Of a stretch of 36,214 nucleotides of DNA, positions 10,332 through 19,112 are shown piece after piece (positions within the stretch are counted from its first letter, which is position 1; each line of letters starts with the position of its first letter). This DNA is from an uncultured Pseudomonadota bacterium. GTDB lineage: Bacteria > BMS3Abin14. The translations under genes and the position numbers were made by a program. Where the stretch lies: positions 1-36,214 of the forward strand of contig CAYVSA010000014.1 of the NCBI GenBank assembly GCA_964454175.1. The letters are read 5' to 3'. Under the pieces are notes generated by a model that was given only the letters and a program-made list of their open reading frames with translations, made no database searches and was not told the DNA's origin.

Positions 10332-11261
10332 ATGGGTGCGGATAAAGTTGATCAACGTGTTGATCTTGGCAGGGGTTTTGTTCTGAAAAATCCGGTTATG
10401 ACCGCTTCGGGGACCTTCGGGTACGGAGAGGAAGGGTCAGAATATTTTGATCTATCCCGTCTGGGAGCGATCGTAGTCAAGGGGATCTCGCTGGAACCGC
10501 GCGAAGGCAATCCGCCGCCGCGAATAGTCGAAACCCCCTCCGGGATGCTAAACTCTATTGGGCTTCAGAACGTTGGTGTCGAAAATTTTCTCTCGGAAAA
10601 ACTGCCTTTTCTTGAAGATGCCGGGGCTACAGTGGTTGTGAATGTCCTGGGAAGCTCCACACAGGAGTACCTTGAAGTTGCGGCCAGACTTGACGGACAC
10701 AAAGGGATAAGCGCCCTGGAGCTAAACATATCCTGCCCAAACGTTAAGGAGGGCGGAGTCCAGTTTGGTCTGGACCCGGACATGGCATCGGGGCTTGTGG
10801 AATCCGTGAGGAAGATAACGGGTCTGCATCTGATGGTCAAACTCTCACCCAACGTGGGAGACATACCCCGGATAGCCAGGGCTGTGGCTGATGCCGGTGC
10901 GGATTCGATATCCCTCATTAATACCCTGACCGGTATGGTTATTGACGTGGCTGCCAGAAAGCCTGTCCTGGGATCGGCAGTGGGTGGGCTCTCCGGGCCG
11001 GCCATCAGGCCAATCGCCCTCAGAATGGTGTTTGAAGCTGCGCGGGAAGTGGACGTTCCGGTTGTGGGTGTAGGAGGCATATCTTCGGTCGATGATGCGC
11101 TCCAGTTTCTGATAGCCGGGGCAAGTGCAGTGCAGGTTGGAACGGCCTCCTTCGTGGATCCATCCGTTACACTTCGGATCGCCGAGGGCATCGAACGCTA
11201 CATGATCGAAAACGGGATAGATTCCCTTAATAAGCTCATTAACAGTATCACTATCGGTTAA
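10332..11261 (+). CDS. pyrD: Dihydroorotate dehydrogenase family 1B catalytic subunit
   Basis: NPVMTASGTFG, NSIGLQN, LNISCPN, VKLSPN, GGLSGPAI; start moved to ATG 10332 after AGGAGG. Confidence 0.96.
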   Translation: MGADKVDQRVDLGRGFVLKNPVMTASGTFGYGEEGSEYFDLSRLGAIVVKGISLEPREGNPPPRIVETPSGMLNSIGLQNVGVENFLSEKLPFLEDAGATVVVNVLGSSTQEYLEVAARLDGHKGISALELNISCPNVKEGGVQFGLDPDMASGLVESVRKITGLHLMVKLSPNVGDIPRIARAVADAGADSISLINTLTGMVIDVAARKPVLGSAVGGLSGPAIRPIALRMVFEAAREVDVPVVGVGGISSVDDALQFLIAGASAVQVGTASFVDPSVTLRIAEGIERYMIENGIDSLNKLINSITIG

Positions 11262-11344
11262 ATGGCATATTTGGTTGATTTAAAGATCCTTTGTTGTTAA
11301 AAATTTTAAAATAATTACTTCCTGCCGGATCTTGTGGAGAACTG

Positions 11345-12028
11345 ATGAGTACTGGACTGATGGTTGCGCTGGACATGGACGATGTTGAAGAGGCGGTTGC
11401 CCTGGCTGGCGAGCTTGGTGAAATGGTGTCTGCATTCAAAGTCGGTTCCCAGCTGTTCGCCCGGTGCGGCCCCGATGTGATAGACAGGATATGCGATGCG
11501 GGAGGGAATGTGTTCCTCGACCTGAAATTCCACGACATACCCAACACGGTTAAGAAAGCGGTGGAGGGTGTTGTGGACCGGGGAGTCGCTTTCCTGACGG
11601 TTCACGCCAGCGGGGGTAGTGATATGATTCGGGCTGCAGCCCAGGCGGCGGGGGAAGCCAGGGTGCTTGCCGTTACCGTCCTGACCAGCCTCACCCAGGA
11701 AGATGCGGGCAATATAGGTTTTAGTGAACCTCTTGGTGTGCAGGTCAAGAGACTGGCCCGTCTTGCCAGGGATGCTGGTGCCCATGGTATAGTGTGCTCT
11801 CCCCTCGAAGTTGCAAGTCTCAGGCAGAGTCTGGACGATGCCTGTATACTTGTCACGCCGGGTATTCGTCCGGCAGGTTCCGCGAAAGACGACCAGGCAC
11901 GGACGGCCACACCTTCACAGGCCGCCATTTCCGGGGCAGACTATATAGTGGTGGGGAGGCCCATCGTAAATGCAGTGGACAGGCGGGCAGCTGCCGAAGC
12001 TATACTGAACGAATTGGGGATATCATAA
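11345..12028 (+). CDS. pyrF: Orotidine-5'-phosphate decarboxylase
   Basis: VALD, FLDLKFHDIPNT, VTPGIRP, VVGRPI motifs. Confidence 0.98.
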   Translation: MSTGLMVALDMDDVEEAVALAGELGEMVSAFKVGSQLFARCGPDVIDRICDAGGNVFLDLKFHDIPNTVKKAVEGVVDRGVAFLTVHASGGSDMIRAAAQAAGEARVLAVTVLTSLTQEDAGNIGFSEPLGVQVKRLARLARDAGAHGIVCSPLEVASLRQSLDDACILVTPGIRPAGSAKDDQARTATPSQAAISGADYIVVGRPIVNAVDRRAAAEAILNELGIS

Positions 12029-12083
12029 TAAAAGGCCAAACACGGCCTGACCAATATAAAACGGCACGAAACCGGGGAAAATA

Positions 12084-12092
12084 TGGTAGAAT
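12084..12092 (+). promoter_or_regulatory. Possible extended -10 internal promoter (TG-G-TAGAAT)
   Basis: Motif in the 115-nt pyrF-receiver gap, about 50 nt upstream of the receiver gene start; no clear -35. Confidence 0.4.
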
Positions 12093-12143
12093 GCGAGGCT
12101 GATTTATGGAATTTTCTGATGACTTTGTACTGGGGAGGTCCAA

Positions 12144-12524
12144 ATGGCTCACAAACTTCTCATCGTTGAGGACAACATTGTTATCCTTACCATGCAGAAA
12201 CAGATATTCGAGATGGAAGGTTACGATATCATAACAGCTCAGGAAGGGATGGACGCGCTTAAAAAAGTTCACCAGGAGCGCCCGGATATCGTTCTGCTTG
12301 ATGTAAACATCCCGGGTATGAATGGTTTTGAGCTCTGCCGGCAGATCAAGGAAGATCCCGCCCTTTCAGACACGGTTGTTGTTATGATCTCAGCGGTTTA
12401 CTACTCGGACGAGGACGCAAAAAAGGGTATGGCCATGGGGGCGGATGCATATTTTACCAAGCCTTATGAGAATGAAGCGCTTCAGAGCAAGATAAAGGAG
12501 CTGCTGGACAAAAGCGGTGTCTGA
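12144..12524 (+). CDS. Single-domain response regulator (CheY-like receiver)
   Basis: LIVED, PDIVLLDVNIPGMNG, ISA, GADAYFTKP: all catalytic receiver residues present; RBS GGAGG. Confidence 0.95.
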   Translation: MAHKLLIVEDNIVILTMQKQIFEMEGYDIITAQEGMDALKKVHQERPDIVLLDVNIPGMNGFELCRQIKEDPALSDTVVVMISAVYYSDEDAKKGMAMGADAYFTKPYENEALQSKIKELLDKSGV

Positions 12525-13092
12525 GGGTCTCCTCAAGGTCTTTCGTGACAGGGAAGCCCTCCTCGACGGGCATTTCGGCCTTAGCTCCGGTCGCCACAGT
12601 CCGACATATCTGCAGTGCGCCATGGTACTGCAGCACCCTCAAATTGCCAGAGATCTCGGGAAAAAACTCGCGGCCATGGTTGAAGGGGAAGTGGACGTAG
12701 TCGTTTCCCCTGCCGTCGGGGGGATTGTGATCGGTCAGGAGACCGCCTGTTTTCTGGGAGCAAGGGCGATCTTCACAGAGCGCGTGGAAGGCAGGATGAC
12801 TTTCAGGCGCGGGTTTGGTGTTAACCCCTCCGAAAGAGTGCTGGCTGTAGAGGATGTTGTCACGACTGGTGGCTCCATAAGAGAATCAGCCCTCCTTGCG
12901 CAGGATATGGGCGGTGATCTCCTCGCCACTGCTTCCATTGTTCATCGTTTTGCACAGGAAGCGGTTCCTCCAACAGACAGACCACACTTTTCTCTGCTTC
13001 AGATACATGCTCCTGCATACGATCCTGGCGAGTGCCCCCTTTGTAAAAGCGGGATCCCCGTTACAAAGCCTGGAAGCCGTACTTTAAGATAG
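12517..13092 (+). CDS. pyrE: Orotate phosphoribosyltransferase
   Basis: GHFGLSSGRHS, VEDVVTTGGS PRPP motif, C-terminal CPLC...KPGSR; GTG start overlapping the receiver stop. Confidence 0.96.
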   Translation: MSEGLLKVFRDREALLDGHFGLSSGRHSPTYLQCAMVLQHPQIARDLGKKLAAMVEGEVDVVVSPAVGGIVIGQETACFLGARAIFTERVEGRMTFRRGFGVNPSERVLAVEDVVTTGGSIRESALLAQDMGGDLLATASIVHRFAQEAVPPTDRPHFSLLQIHAPAYDPGECPLCKSGIPVTKPGSRTLR

Positions 13093-13105
13093 CCGGTAAA
13101 ACCCC

Positions 13106-13135
13106 TTGACAAATATAGAATTTTTTTTTTAAACT
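13106..13135 (+). promoter_or_regulatory. Sigma70-type promoter with a poly-T10 tract in the spacer
   Basis: TTGACA (13106-13111) - 18 nt including most of T10 (13121-13130) - TAAACT (13130-13135). Confidence 0.7.
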
Positions 13136-13152
13136 AAAACCGTAAGCGCAAA

Positions 13153-13169
13153 TTAACACTTAACACTTA
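13153..13169 (+). promoter_or_regulatory. Direct repeat TTAACAC-TTAACAC-TTA (candidate operator)
   Basis: Exact 7-bp direct repeat between the promoter and the RBS of the MerR-HTH gene. Confidence 0.4.
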
Positions 13170-13184
13170 TTGCTGGGGGTTACC

Positions 13185-13454
13185 ATGGCCTTGCTTGTCA
13201 AGCGAAAAGACATTTGCCGGATGCTTGGGATATCGCCCTCCAAGGTAAACTTCTACACGACGCAGGGGCTCTTTCCCGTCGAGGGGAGGACCCAGGGTGG
13301 GTATGGTCTGTATGATCCTGACGTCATACGGTCACGGTTTGGACGGATCTCCGAACTCAAGGACGAGAGGCTGACCATCGCCGAGATACGGGATTTGATC
13401 AGGGATGAGGAGAAGGAGCGGGGATTGTTCCTGGAGCTCCAATTCGATGAGTAA
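13185..13454 (+). CDS. Small MerR-family winged-HTH protein (no effector domain)
   Basis: DICRMLGISPSKVNFYTTQGLFP..RTQGGYGLY..LTIAEIR pattern; start moved to ATG 13185 after GGGGG. Confidence 0.85.
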   Translation: MALLVKRKDICRMLGISPSKVNFYTTQGLFPVEGRTQGGYGLYDPDVIRSRFGRISELKDERLTIAEIRDLIRDEEKERGLFLELQFDE

Positions 13455-15666
13455 AAGCCATCTATCATCCGGAAGGTCCAAGGCCGCTGTTAAAGTTCTC
13501 CTGAGGGAGAGGTCAGCTGACCTGACTGAAAAGATCCGCAAAGTTCTTCCCCGGACGCTCTTTGATATCGAGGTCGTTCAGGGAGGTGCAGATCTTGTGC
13601 ACCGGCTCGCTGTGGCCGAGGTCGACGTTGTGCTCATAGATCTTTCTGTTCCTGCCATAGACAATAAAAGGTCCTTTGACGCAGTACTGAGCCTGGATGT
13701 TCCACCACCAGTCCTGGTCTACGGCCAGCGAGAAGCTTTTACGACGATGACAAAGTTCATCAAACACGGCGCCCACGGGTTTTTCTGTATTGATGATGAT
13801 CCGGACATTGTTGTCCATGCAATAAGGCAGGCGGCCAGCCATCACAAGGTTGCAAGGGAAAACAGTTTTCTTCGGGAGTCCCTTTCTAACAAGGCGAAGA
13901 CAGTGGAGGTCCTCGAGCGTCTCGGCGAGGCCATGTCCACAGTTTTCGATGTCAAGAAGATACTCAAGCTTACTCTCAGGGTTGTGCGCAGGGCACTGGA
14001 CTGCGAGGTCTGCTGTCTCTATCTTGTGGACAGCGACTCTGGTGAACTGGTTGATACGAGCGACATGGGATACGAAGACCGGGAACCCCAGCTGGAGCTC
14101 TGGGGAACAGACGGTTCCAGGGTAAGGAGGAACATTCTCGACAAAGCTGCCGATATAGCAATGACGGAAGCCAGGTTGCTGAACTTGAACGGAGCTGATG
14201 AGATCTCCTCTCTTTATGAAGGCGACGAGGGTCCGATCAGGGGGGGGGAACTCAAGGGGATCATCGCAGCGCCGCTGACGATCTGGAATTCAACCACCGG
14301 CGTGCTGGTAGCGGCCAACAGGTTCGGACCCGAAAATTTTTCACAAGAGGATGCAGAGGTCCTTCAGTCCGTTGCCAGGCAGACAGCCTTTGTCCTGGAG
14401 GGGCTTCGAACCCGGCACAGGGAAGACTCCTTCCAGGAGCAGCTTACGGACCAGGTTTGCATCGCCACAAAAAAACTCAAGGAAAACAACCTCGAGCTCT
14501 CACACCGGCTTCAGGAAAAAGAAGAAGCAAACCGGAAGATCCAGATGATGGCCGAGGAGATCAACGAGAAGAATTTGTCTCTCAAGGCCATGGTGGACCA
14601 GTTCAGGGTGATTCACGATGTAAGTCAGGTGATCGGGTCCGAGCTGGAAAACGAGAGTCTCCTCAAGAAAGTTATTTCCGAGACGGCATCACTCCTGAAG
14701 GCGCAGACCGTTTCACTTATGCTCATAGACTCTGAAGGAAGTTTCATTATCAAGCACGCGCTGGGTCTCAGTAACGAGGTCATAAAGAACACCCGGATAA
14801 GATCGGGTGAGGGAATTGCGGGCTGGGTCGCGGAAGAGGGGAAACCTATTCTTGTACGGGACGTAAAAAAGATAAAGAAGGGAAGGACCAACAACACCAA
14901 TTACATGAGCGACTCACTGCTTTGTGCTCCGCTCATGATCAAGGGGGCTGTCACGGGCATTCTGAACGTTACCAATCGCAAGGGAGGCGGATCCTTCGAT
15001 GAGAGGGATCTCTTCCTGCTGACGATCCTGGGCAACCACGCTGCCATTGCAATTGAGAACGCCCGTCTTTACGGGACAATAAGTGAGAACTATTTTAATA
15101 CGATCAAGGCCCTGGTGAACGCTGTTGAGGCCAAGGACAGCTGGACCAGAGACCACTCGGAGAACGTCACCAACTACAGCCTGAAAATGGCAGACTTCCT
15201 GGGACTTTCGGACAAGCAGAAAGATGTGATCCGGTATGCGGGCGTACTGCATGATATAGGCAAGGTCGTTATAAGCAGCTCCATTACCGACAAACCAGGG
15301 GTGTTGGACGACAACGAGTGGGAGAAGATGAGGGAGCATCCCCTCATCGGCCAGAGGATCCTCGACCCCATTGAATTCCTCGAGCCGGTTAAGGTGTGTA
15401 TTCAGACCCACCATGAGCGCTGCGATGGTTCCGGCTATCCTTTCGGGCTGCTGGCACACGAGATCCCTCTGGAAACCAGGATCATTTCAGTTGCGGACGC
15501 ATACGATGCAATGACGCATTCAAGACCATACAGGGAGGCACTCACAGTACCAGATGCCGTTGATGAGTTGAGAAGGTCATCGGGTTCCCAGTTCGACCCG
15601 AAAGTAGTTGACAGTCTCGTCAGGATCATCGAGGCGGAAAGTCTCGCGGGGATGAAGGAGCAGTAA
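13447..15666 (+). CDS. Pseudo-receiver-GAF-coiled coil-GAF-HD-GYP cyclic-dinucleotide phosphodiesterase
   Basis: EAKD..TRDHS, LHDIGK, HHERCDGSGYP, VADAYDAM..RPYR intact; two GAF ends (FSQEDAEVLQSVA; FDERDLFLLTILG..AAIAIENA); start at ATG 13447 overlapping the MerR gene end. Confidence 0.92.
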   Translation: MSKSHLSSGRSKAAVKVLLRERSADLTEKIRKVLPRTLFDIEVVQGGADLVHRLAVAEVDVVLIDLSVPAIDNKRSFDAVLSLDVPPPVLVYGQREAFTTMTKFIKHGAHGFFCIDDDPDIVVHAIRQAASHHKVARENSFLRESLSNKAKTVEVLERLGEAMSTVFDVKKILKLTLRVVRRALDCEVCCLYLVDSDSGELVDTSDMGYEDREPQLELWGTDGSRVRRNILDKAADIAMTEARLLNLNGADEISSLYEGDEGPIRGGELKGIIAAPLTIWNSTTGVLVAANRFGPENFSQEDAEVLQSVARQTAFVLEGLRTRHREDSFQEQLTDQVCIATKKLKENNLELSHRLQEKEEANRKIQMMAEEINEKNLSLKAMVDQFRVIHDVSQVIGSELENESLLKKVISETASLLKAQTVSLMLIDSEGSFIIKHALGLSNEVIKNTRIRSGEGIAGWVAEEGKPILVRDVKKIKKGRTNNTNYMSDSLLCAPLMIKGAVTGILNVTNRKGGGSFDERDLFLLTILGNHAAIAIENARLYGTISENYFNTIKALVNAVEAKDSWTRDHSENVTNYSLKMADFLGLSDKQKDVIRYAGVLHDIGKVVISSSITDKPGVLDDNEWEKMREHPLIGQRILDPIEFLEPVKVCIQTHHERCDGSGYPFGLLAHEIPLETRIISVADAYDAMTHSRPYREALTVPDAVDELRRSSGSQFDPKVVDSLVRIIEAESLAGMKEQ

Positions 15667-15700
15667 TAGTGACCGAAATATTGGGGAAAGGATAAAGCGT

Positions 15701-16306
15701 ATGTCCATAGCTGTAAGGTGGAGCAGGAGAAGGAACTTCTTCGTCAAACAGTGGCTCCAGATGCGCTACATGCTGCTTCTCGTTGGGGGTTCTCTTTTTG
15801 GTGGATTAGTTTACGCGGTGATCCTGCGAAGGATCGTGAAGGGCCGTCTCGTTGAGTTGATGTATCAGAGCCACTCGCTGATGCCCAACACCTGGGAGGG
15901 GTTGTATCCCGTGGTTATGAAGGCAACGCTTATCCTTTTCGTGGGGTGTGTGTTCACTTTGTTCGTCCTGCTCCAGCTGTTTTCAAGGCGGGTCACCAGG
16001 GCCGGTGTCGCGTTGGAGGGCATCCTGGAGTCCCTGGCCCATGACGGCGAGAGTGACCCTGCCAGCCCCTTCGCCGGCCTCAAGGAGTTTGGAACCCTGG
16101 CTGAAATGGTCCGTGGTTTGGTCGGATCCTACAAAAGTCGCTGGAAGGGCCTGGACGAGGAGGCAGAAAAACTGTTGGAGCTGGTCCGGCGCCTGGAAGT
16201 TGAAGGGGACCACAAGGAGAGGCTAAAACTCCTTCTGGAGCTTGACGACGGCCTGGAGGAACTGAAGAGAAGGGCCCGGAGCTACGGGCAGGAGGCAGGC
16301 AGATGA
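15701..16306 (+). CDS. Two-TM membrane protein with degenerate HAMP/coiled-coil tail
   Basis: Basic N-terminus RRRNFF..LQMRY, two hydrophobic helices, GE...EFGTLAE HAMP-like segment, coiled coil. Confidence 0.7.
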   Translation: MSIAVRWSRRRNFFVKQWLQMRYMLLLVGGSLFGGLVYAVILRRIVKGRLVELMYQSHSLMPNTWEGLYPVVMKATLILFVGCVFTLFVLLQLFSRRVTRAGVALEGILESLAHDGESDPASPFAGLKEFGTLAEMVRGLVGSYKSRWKGLDEEAEKLLELVRRLEVEGDHKERLKLLLELDDGLEELKRRARSYGQEAGR

Positions 16307-16809
16307 AATGGTTTGCGCTTTGTGTCCTGACGATCCTCGTCTTTTTTGCCGCATGGTCCGACATCATCTCCCTCGTGCGGTTTGACGATAACCCTCACAC
16401 TTTTCTAAGCGATCCCGGAACCTGTGTAGACTGCCATGCTACAGACTCCGATGGACAGATAGCTGAAGATGATTTTACTGAGCCGATCATCGATTACTGC
16501 TACGGCTGCCACCCTGCCGACAAACTGGGCAGGTCCCATCCCGTAGACGCGGACCTGAAGCGAAACAGGCGGTTCCCTGAGATGGAAGTGCCTGATGAAC
16601 TCGTGGTGGGATGGGACGATGTCCTGACCTGCGCGACATGTCACCGCATCCACATGCAGTGGAAGGATACAGTCAAGGCCTATCCCAGCGAGACAGCCAT
16701 TAATCCTGGTGAGTCACCTCAGTACTTCAAGACATTTTTTCTCAGAATTCCGGGTGATCCAGTTGGCGGTTGGGCAAAACTTTGTGACGCCTGCCACGGT
16801 TTACTTTAA
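16303..16809 (+). CDS. Exported tetraheme cytochrome c
   Basis: Four CxxCH motifs (CVDCH, CYGCH, CATCH, CDACH), extra His (NPH, SHPV), N-terminal hydrophobic signal/anchor. Confidence 0.92.
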   Translation: MKWFALCVLTILVFFAAWSDIISLVRFDDNPHTFLSDPGTCVDCHATDSDGQIAEDDFTEPIIDYCYGCHPADKLGRSHPVDADLKRNRRFPEMEVPDELVVGWDDVLTCATCHRIHMQWKDTVKAYPSETAINPGESPQYFKTFFLRIPGDPVGGWAKLCDACHGLL

Positions 16810-16820
16810 GGGAGATCGAT

Positions 16821-17393
16821 ATGAGTCGGTTTATAAAAGTCAACTTCATTCTTCGGAACATGGTCGCCTTCTCATCTGCGGTCCTGATCGCCTGCTTCAT
16901 TGCATACTATTGCCTGTCTGTCACTCTTTCCAGGAAGCTTGGCCAGTCCTTTTCCGGCGCCTACTTCATGATGAAATCCCTCAACGAGAGTACGGGCCTC
17001 ATAGTCTGGTTTGCAATCGTCCTTTTCGGGATAGTCGTGTCTATCTCCCTCCTTGCGATAGCTCTTTTTGCCACCCACAAGGTCGCCGGTCCCCTCTTTC
17101 GACTGGAAAGCCTGGTTGACTCTGCCTCAATGGGAGACGTTCCAGAAAGCATTAATTTCAGGGCCAGGGATCAGATCAAGCCCCTTGCGAGTGCCCTGAG
17201 CCGGGTTTTTGAGGTCATCGGCAGCAGGGAAGGCCGGGTTTCCCGGCTTCTTCTGGAGATCGATGCGGTGGAGCAGAGACTTGGCAGCATGGTTGTTGAA
17301 CAGGATACAGGCTGGTCCACCCAGTCCAGAGCACTTGCCGAGCTTCTGGAGCATTTTGAACTCGAAGTTTCGACAATGCGGAAGGAAGGGTAG
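16821..17393 (+). CDS. Two-TM HAMP-domain membrane protein without output domain
   Basis: Two TM helices, then THKVAGPLFRL...GD....FRARDQIKPLA HAMP-type motif and a short coiled coil. Confidence 0.8.
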   Translation: MSRFIKVNFILRNMVAFSSAVLIACFIAYYCLSVTLSRKLGQSFSGAYFMMKSLNESTGLIVWFAIVLFGIVVSISLLAIALFATHKVAGPLFRLESLVDSASMGDVPESINFRARDQIKPLASALSRVFEVIGSREGRVSRLLLEIDAVEQRLGSMVVEQDTGWSTQSRALAELLEHFELEVSTMRKEG

Positions 17394-19090
17394 TGGCCAG
17401 GAAGGAACGTAAAAGGATAGGCGAGGTCCTGTTGGAGGCAGGCCTCATCACCGAGGACCAGCTCAACCAGGCCCTTGATGAAGCCTCCAGGACGGGCACC
17501 AGGGTTGGTTCTGTTTTCGTCTCGAAGGGCTGGATAACCGAGGACGATCTCACCGACGCTTTGTCCTCGCAGCTCCGACTTCCCAAAGTATCACTGAAGA
17601 CGCAGCCTCCTGATAAAAAGCTTTTCGACCTTCTTCCCATGGGTCTGGTGCGCCGTTACCAGATAATACCTTACCGTATGGAAGACGATGCTCTTGTCGT
17701 TGTCATGACAGATCCGCTCAATGTGTTTGCTACCGATGCGCTGAGGCGAATCGTTGCACATCCGATAAAAAAGGCGATCGCTTCTTCTGGTGAGATAAGG
17801 AGCTGGATCACTGAGCAGTACGGGCTTGACAGCCCCCTGACGGCAGCTCTCGAAGATGCTGGTGCCGAGCCGATGGGGATGGTGCTTCCCTCTACCGAAG
17901 AGAGTCCCGACCGATTAAAGAGAATGGCGGAGGAAACACCCGTCGTCAGGCTGGTTAATGCCCTGCTCACCCAGGCTTCAACGCAGCGGGCAAGCGATAT
18001 TCACATCGAGCCTCAGGAAGGTGATGTAAGGATCAGGATCAGAGTCGACGGTGTGCTGGAAGAAGCTGCCCAGGTCCCTGTCCACCTCAAGCTGCCCCTG
18101 ACTTCACGGATCAAGATCATATCAGGTATGGACATTGCTGAAAAGCGGCTTCCCCAGGACGGCAGGTTCAGGTGGACCGAGGGAGGAGGCCATATTGACG
18201 TTCGAGCCTCTACCCTGCCCACTGTATACGGTGAGAAGATGGTACTAAGGCTCCTGGACAGGGGAGGAGAAGTCTTTGACCTGACCAACCTTGGTTTTGA
18301 CAAAGACGTCGTTGGAACCGTACGGCAGCTCATTAACAGGCCCTTCGGCGTGATCCTCGTAACCGGGCCCACAGGAAGCGGCAAGACCACTTCACTTTAC
18401 GCGGCCTTAAAGGAAATAAACGAGATCGGTCGCAATATAGTCACAGTAGAGGATCCGGTTGAGTACGAGATCGGCGGATTGAGCCAGGTTCAGGTGGTGC
18501 CGTCCATCGGGCTGTCTTTTTCCTCCGTGCTAAGAAATATCCTCCGGCAGGACCCGGACGTGATAATGATCGGGGAGATAAGAGATCTGGAGACGGCCAA
18601 CCTGGCGGTCCACGCTGCTCTCACCGGGCACCTGGTGTTTTCCACTCTCCATACAAATGATGCGGTCGGCGCCATCCCCAGGCTTCTGGACATGGGCGTC
18701 GAGCCCTACCTCATCAGGTCCTCTGTTGCGGGTGTCATGGCCCAGAGGCTTGTCAGGCGGGTCTGTACTTCGTGCAGGACCGAAGTCGCGCCTCCCGAAG
18801 AGCTGGTGCCGTCACTGGAGGGGACGGGTTCTGAAACTTTCTACGTGGGCAACGGCTGCAGCGAGTGCAGGGAAACGGGCTATTCCGGAAGGGTGGGTAT
18901 CGCTGAGCTATATCAGATCGGGTCAGTCATCAGGGATTTGATCAGGGATGACGTTTCAGCAGACACTGTTCTCAGCGTGTTGAGAAAACAGGGTTTTGTG
19001 ACCATGAGGGAGGCAGGGATAAAAAAGGCGGCCGAAGGGATTACCAGCCTGGAAGAGGTCTTCAGGGCTACCCAGGATGTGGATCTTTGA
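17393..19090 (+). CDS. pilB: Type IV pilus/T2SS extension ATPase (PilB/MshE/GspE family) with MshEN c-di-GMP-binding domain
   Basis: RIGEVLLEAGLIT..L...L / RVGSVFVSKGWIT..L..ALSSQ tandem MshEN motifs; ASDIHIEP, GPTGSGKT, LRQDPD.IMIGE, His box, four-Cys Zn motif. Confidence 0.95.
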   Translation: MARKERKRIGEVLLEAGLITEDQLNQALDEASRTGTRVGSVFVSKGWITEDDLTDALSSQLRLPKVSLKTQPPDKKLFDLLPMGLVRRYQIIPYRMEDDALVVVMTDPLNVFATDALRRIVAHPIKKAIASSGEIRSWITEQYGLDSPLTAALEDAGAEPMGMVLPSTEESPDRLKRMAEETPVVRLVNALLTQASTQRASDIHIEPQEGDVRIRIRVDGVLEEAAQVPVHLKLPLTSRIKIISGMDIAEKRLPQDGRFRWTEGGGHIDVRASTLPTVYGEKMVLRLLDRGGEVFDLTNLGFDKDVVGTVRQLINRPFGVILVTGPTGSGKTTSLYAALKEINEIGRNIVTVEDPVEYEIGGLSQVQVVPSIGLSFSSVLRNILRQDPDVIMIGEIRDLETANLAVHAALTGHLVFSTLHTNDAVGAIPRLLDMGVEPYLIRSSVAGVMAQRLVRRVCTSCRTEVAPPEELVPSLEGTGSETFYVGNGCSECRETGYSGRVGIAELYQIGSVIRDLIRDDVSADTVLSVLRKQGFVTMREAGIKKAAEGITSLEEVFRATQDVDL

Positions 19091-19112
19091 TGATGTCTGG
19101 AGAAAATAGCTG

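Noticed and set aside
11262-11344. Internal promoter in the AT-rich pyrD-pyrF gap
   Set aside because: -10-like and -35-like hexamers are present but not convincingly spaced; insufficient support
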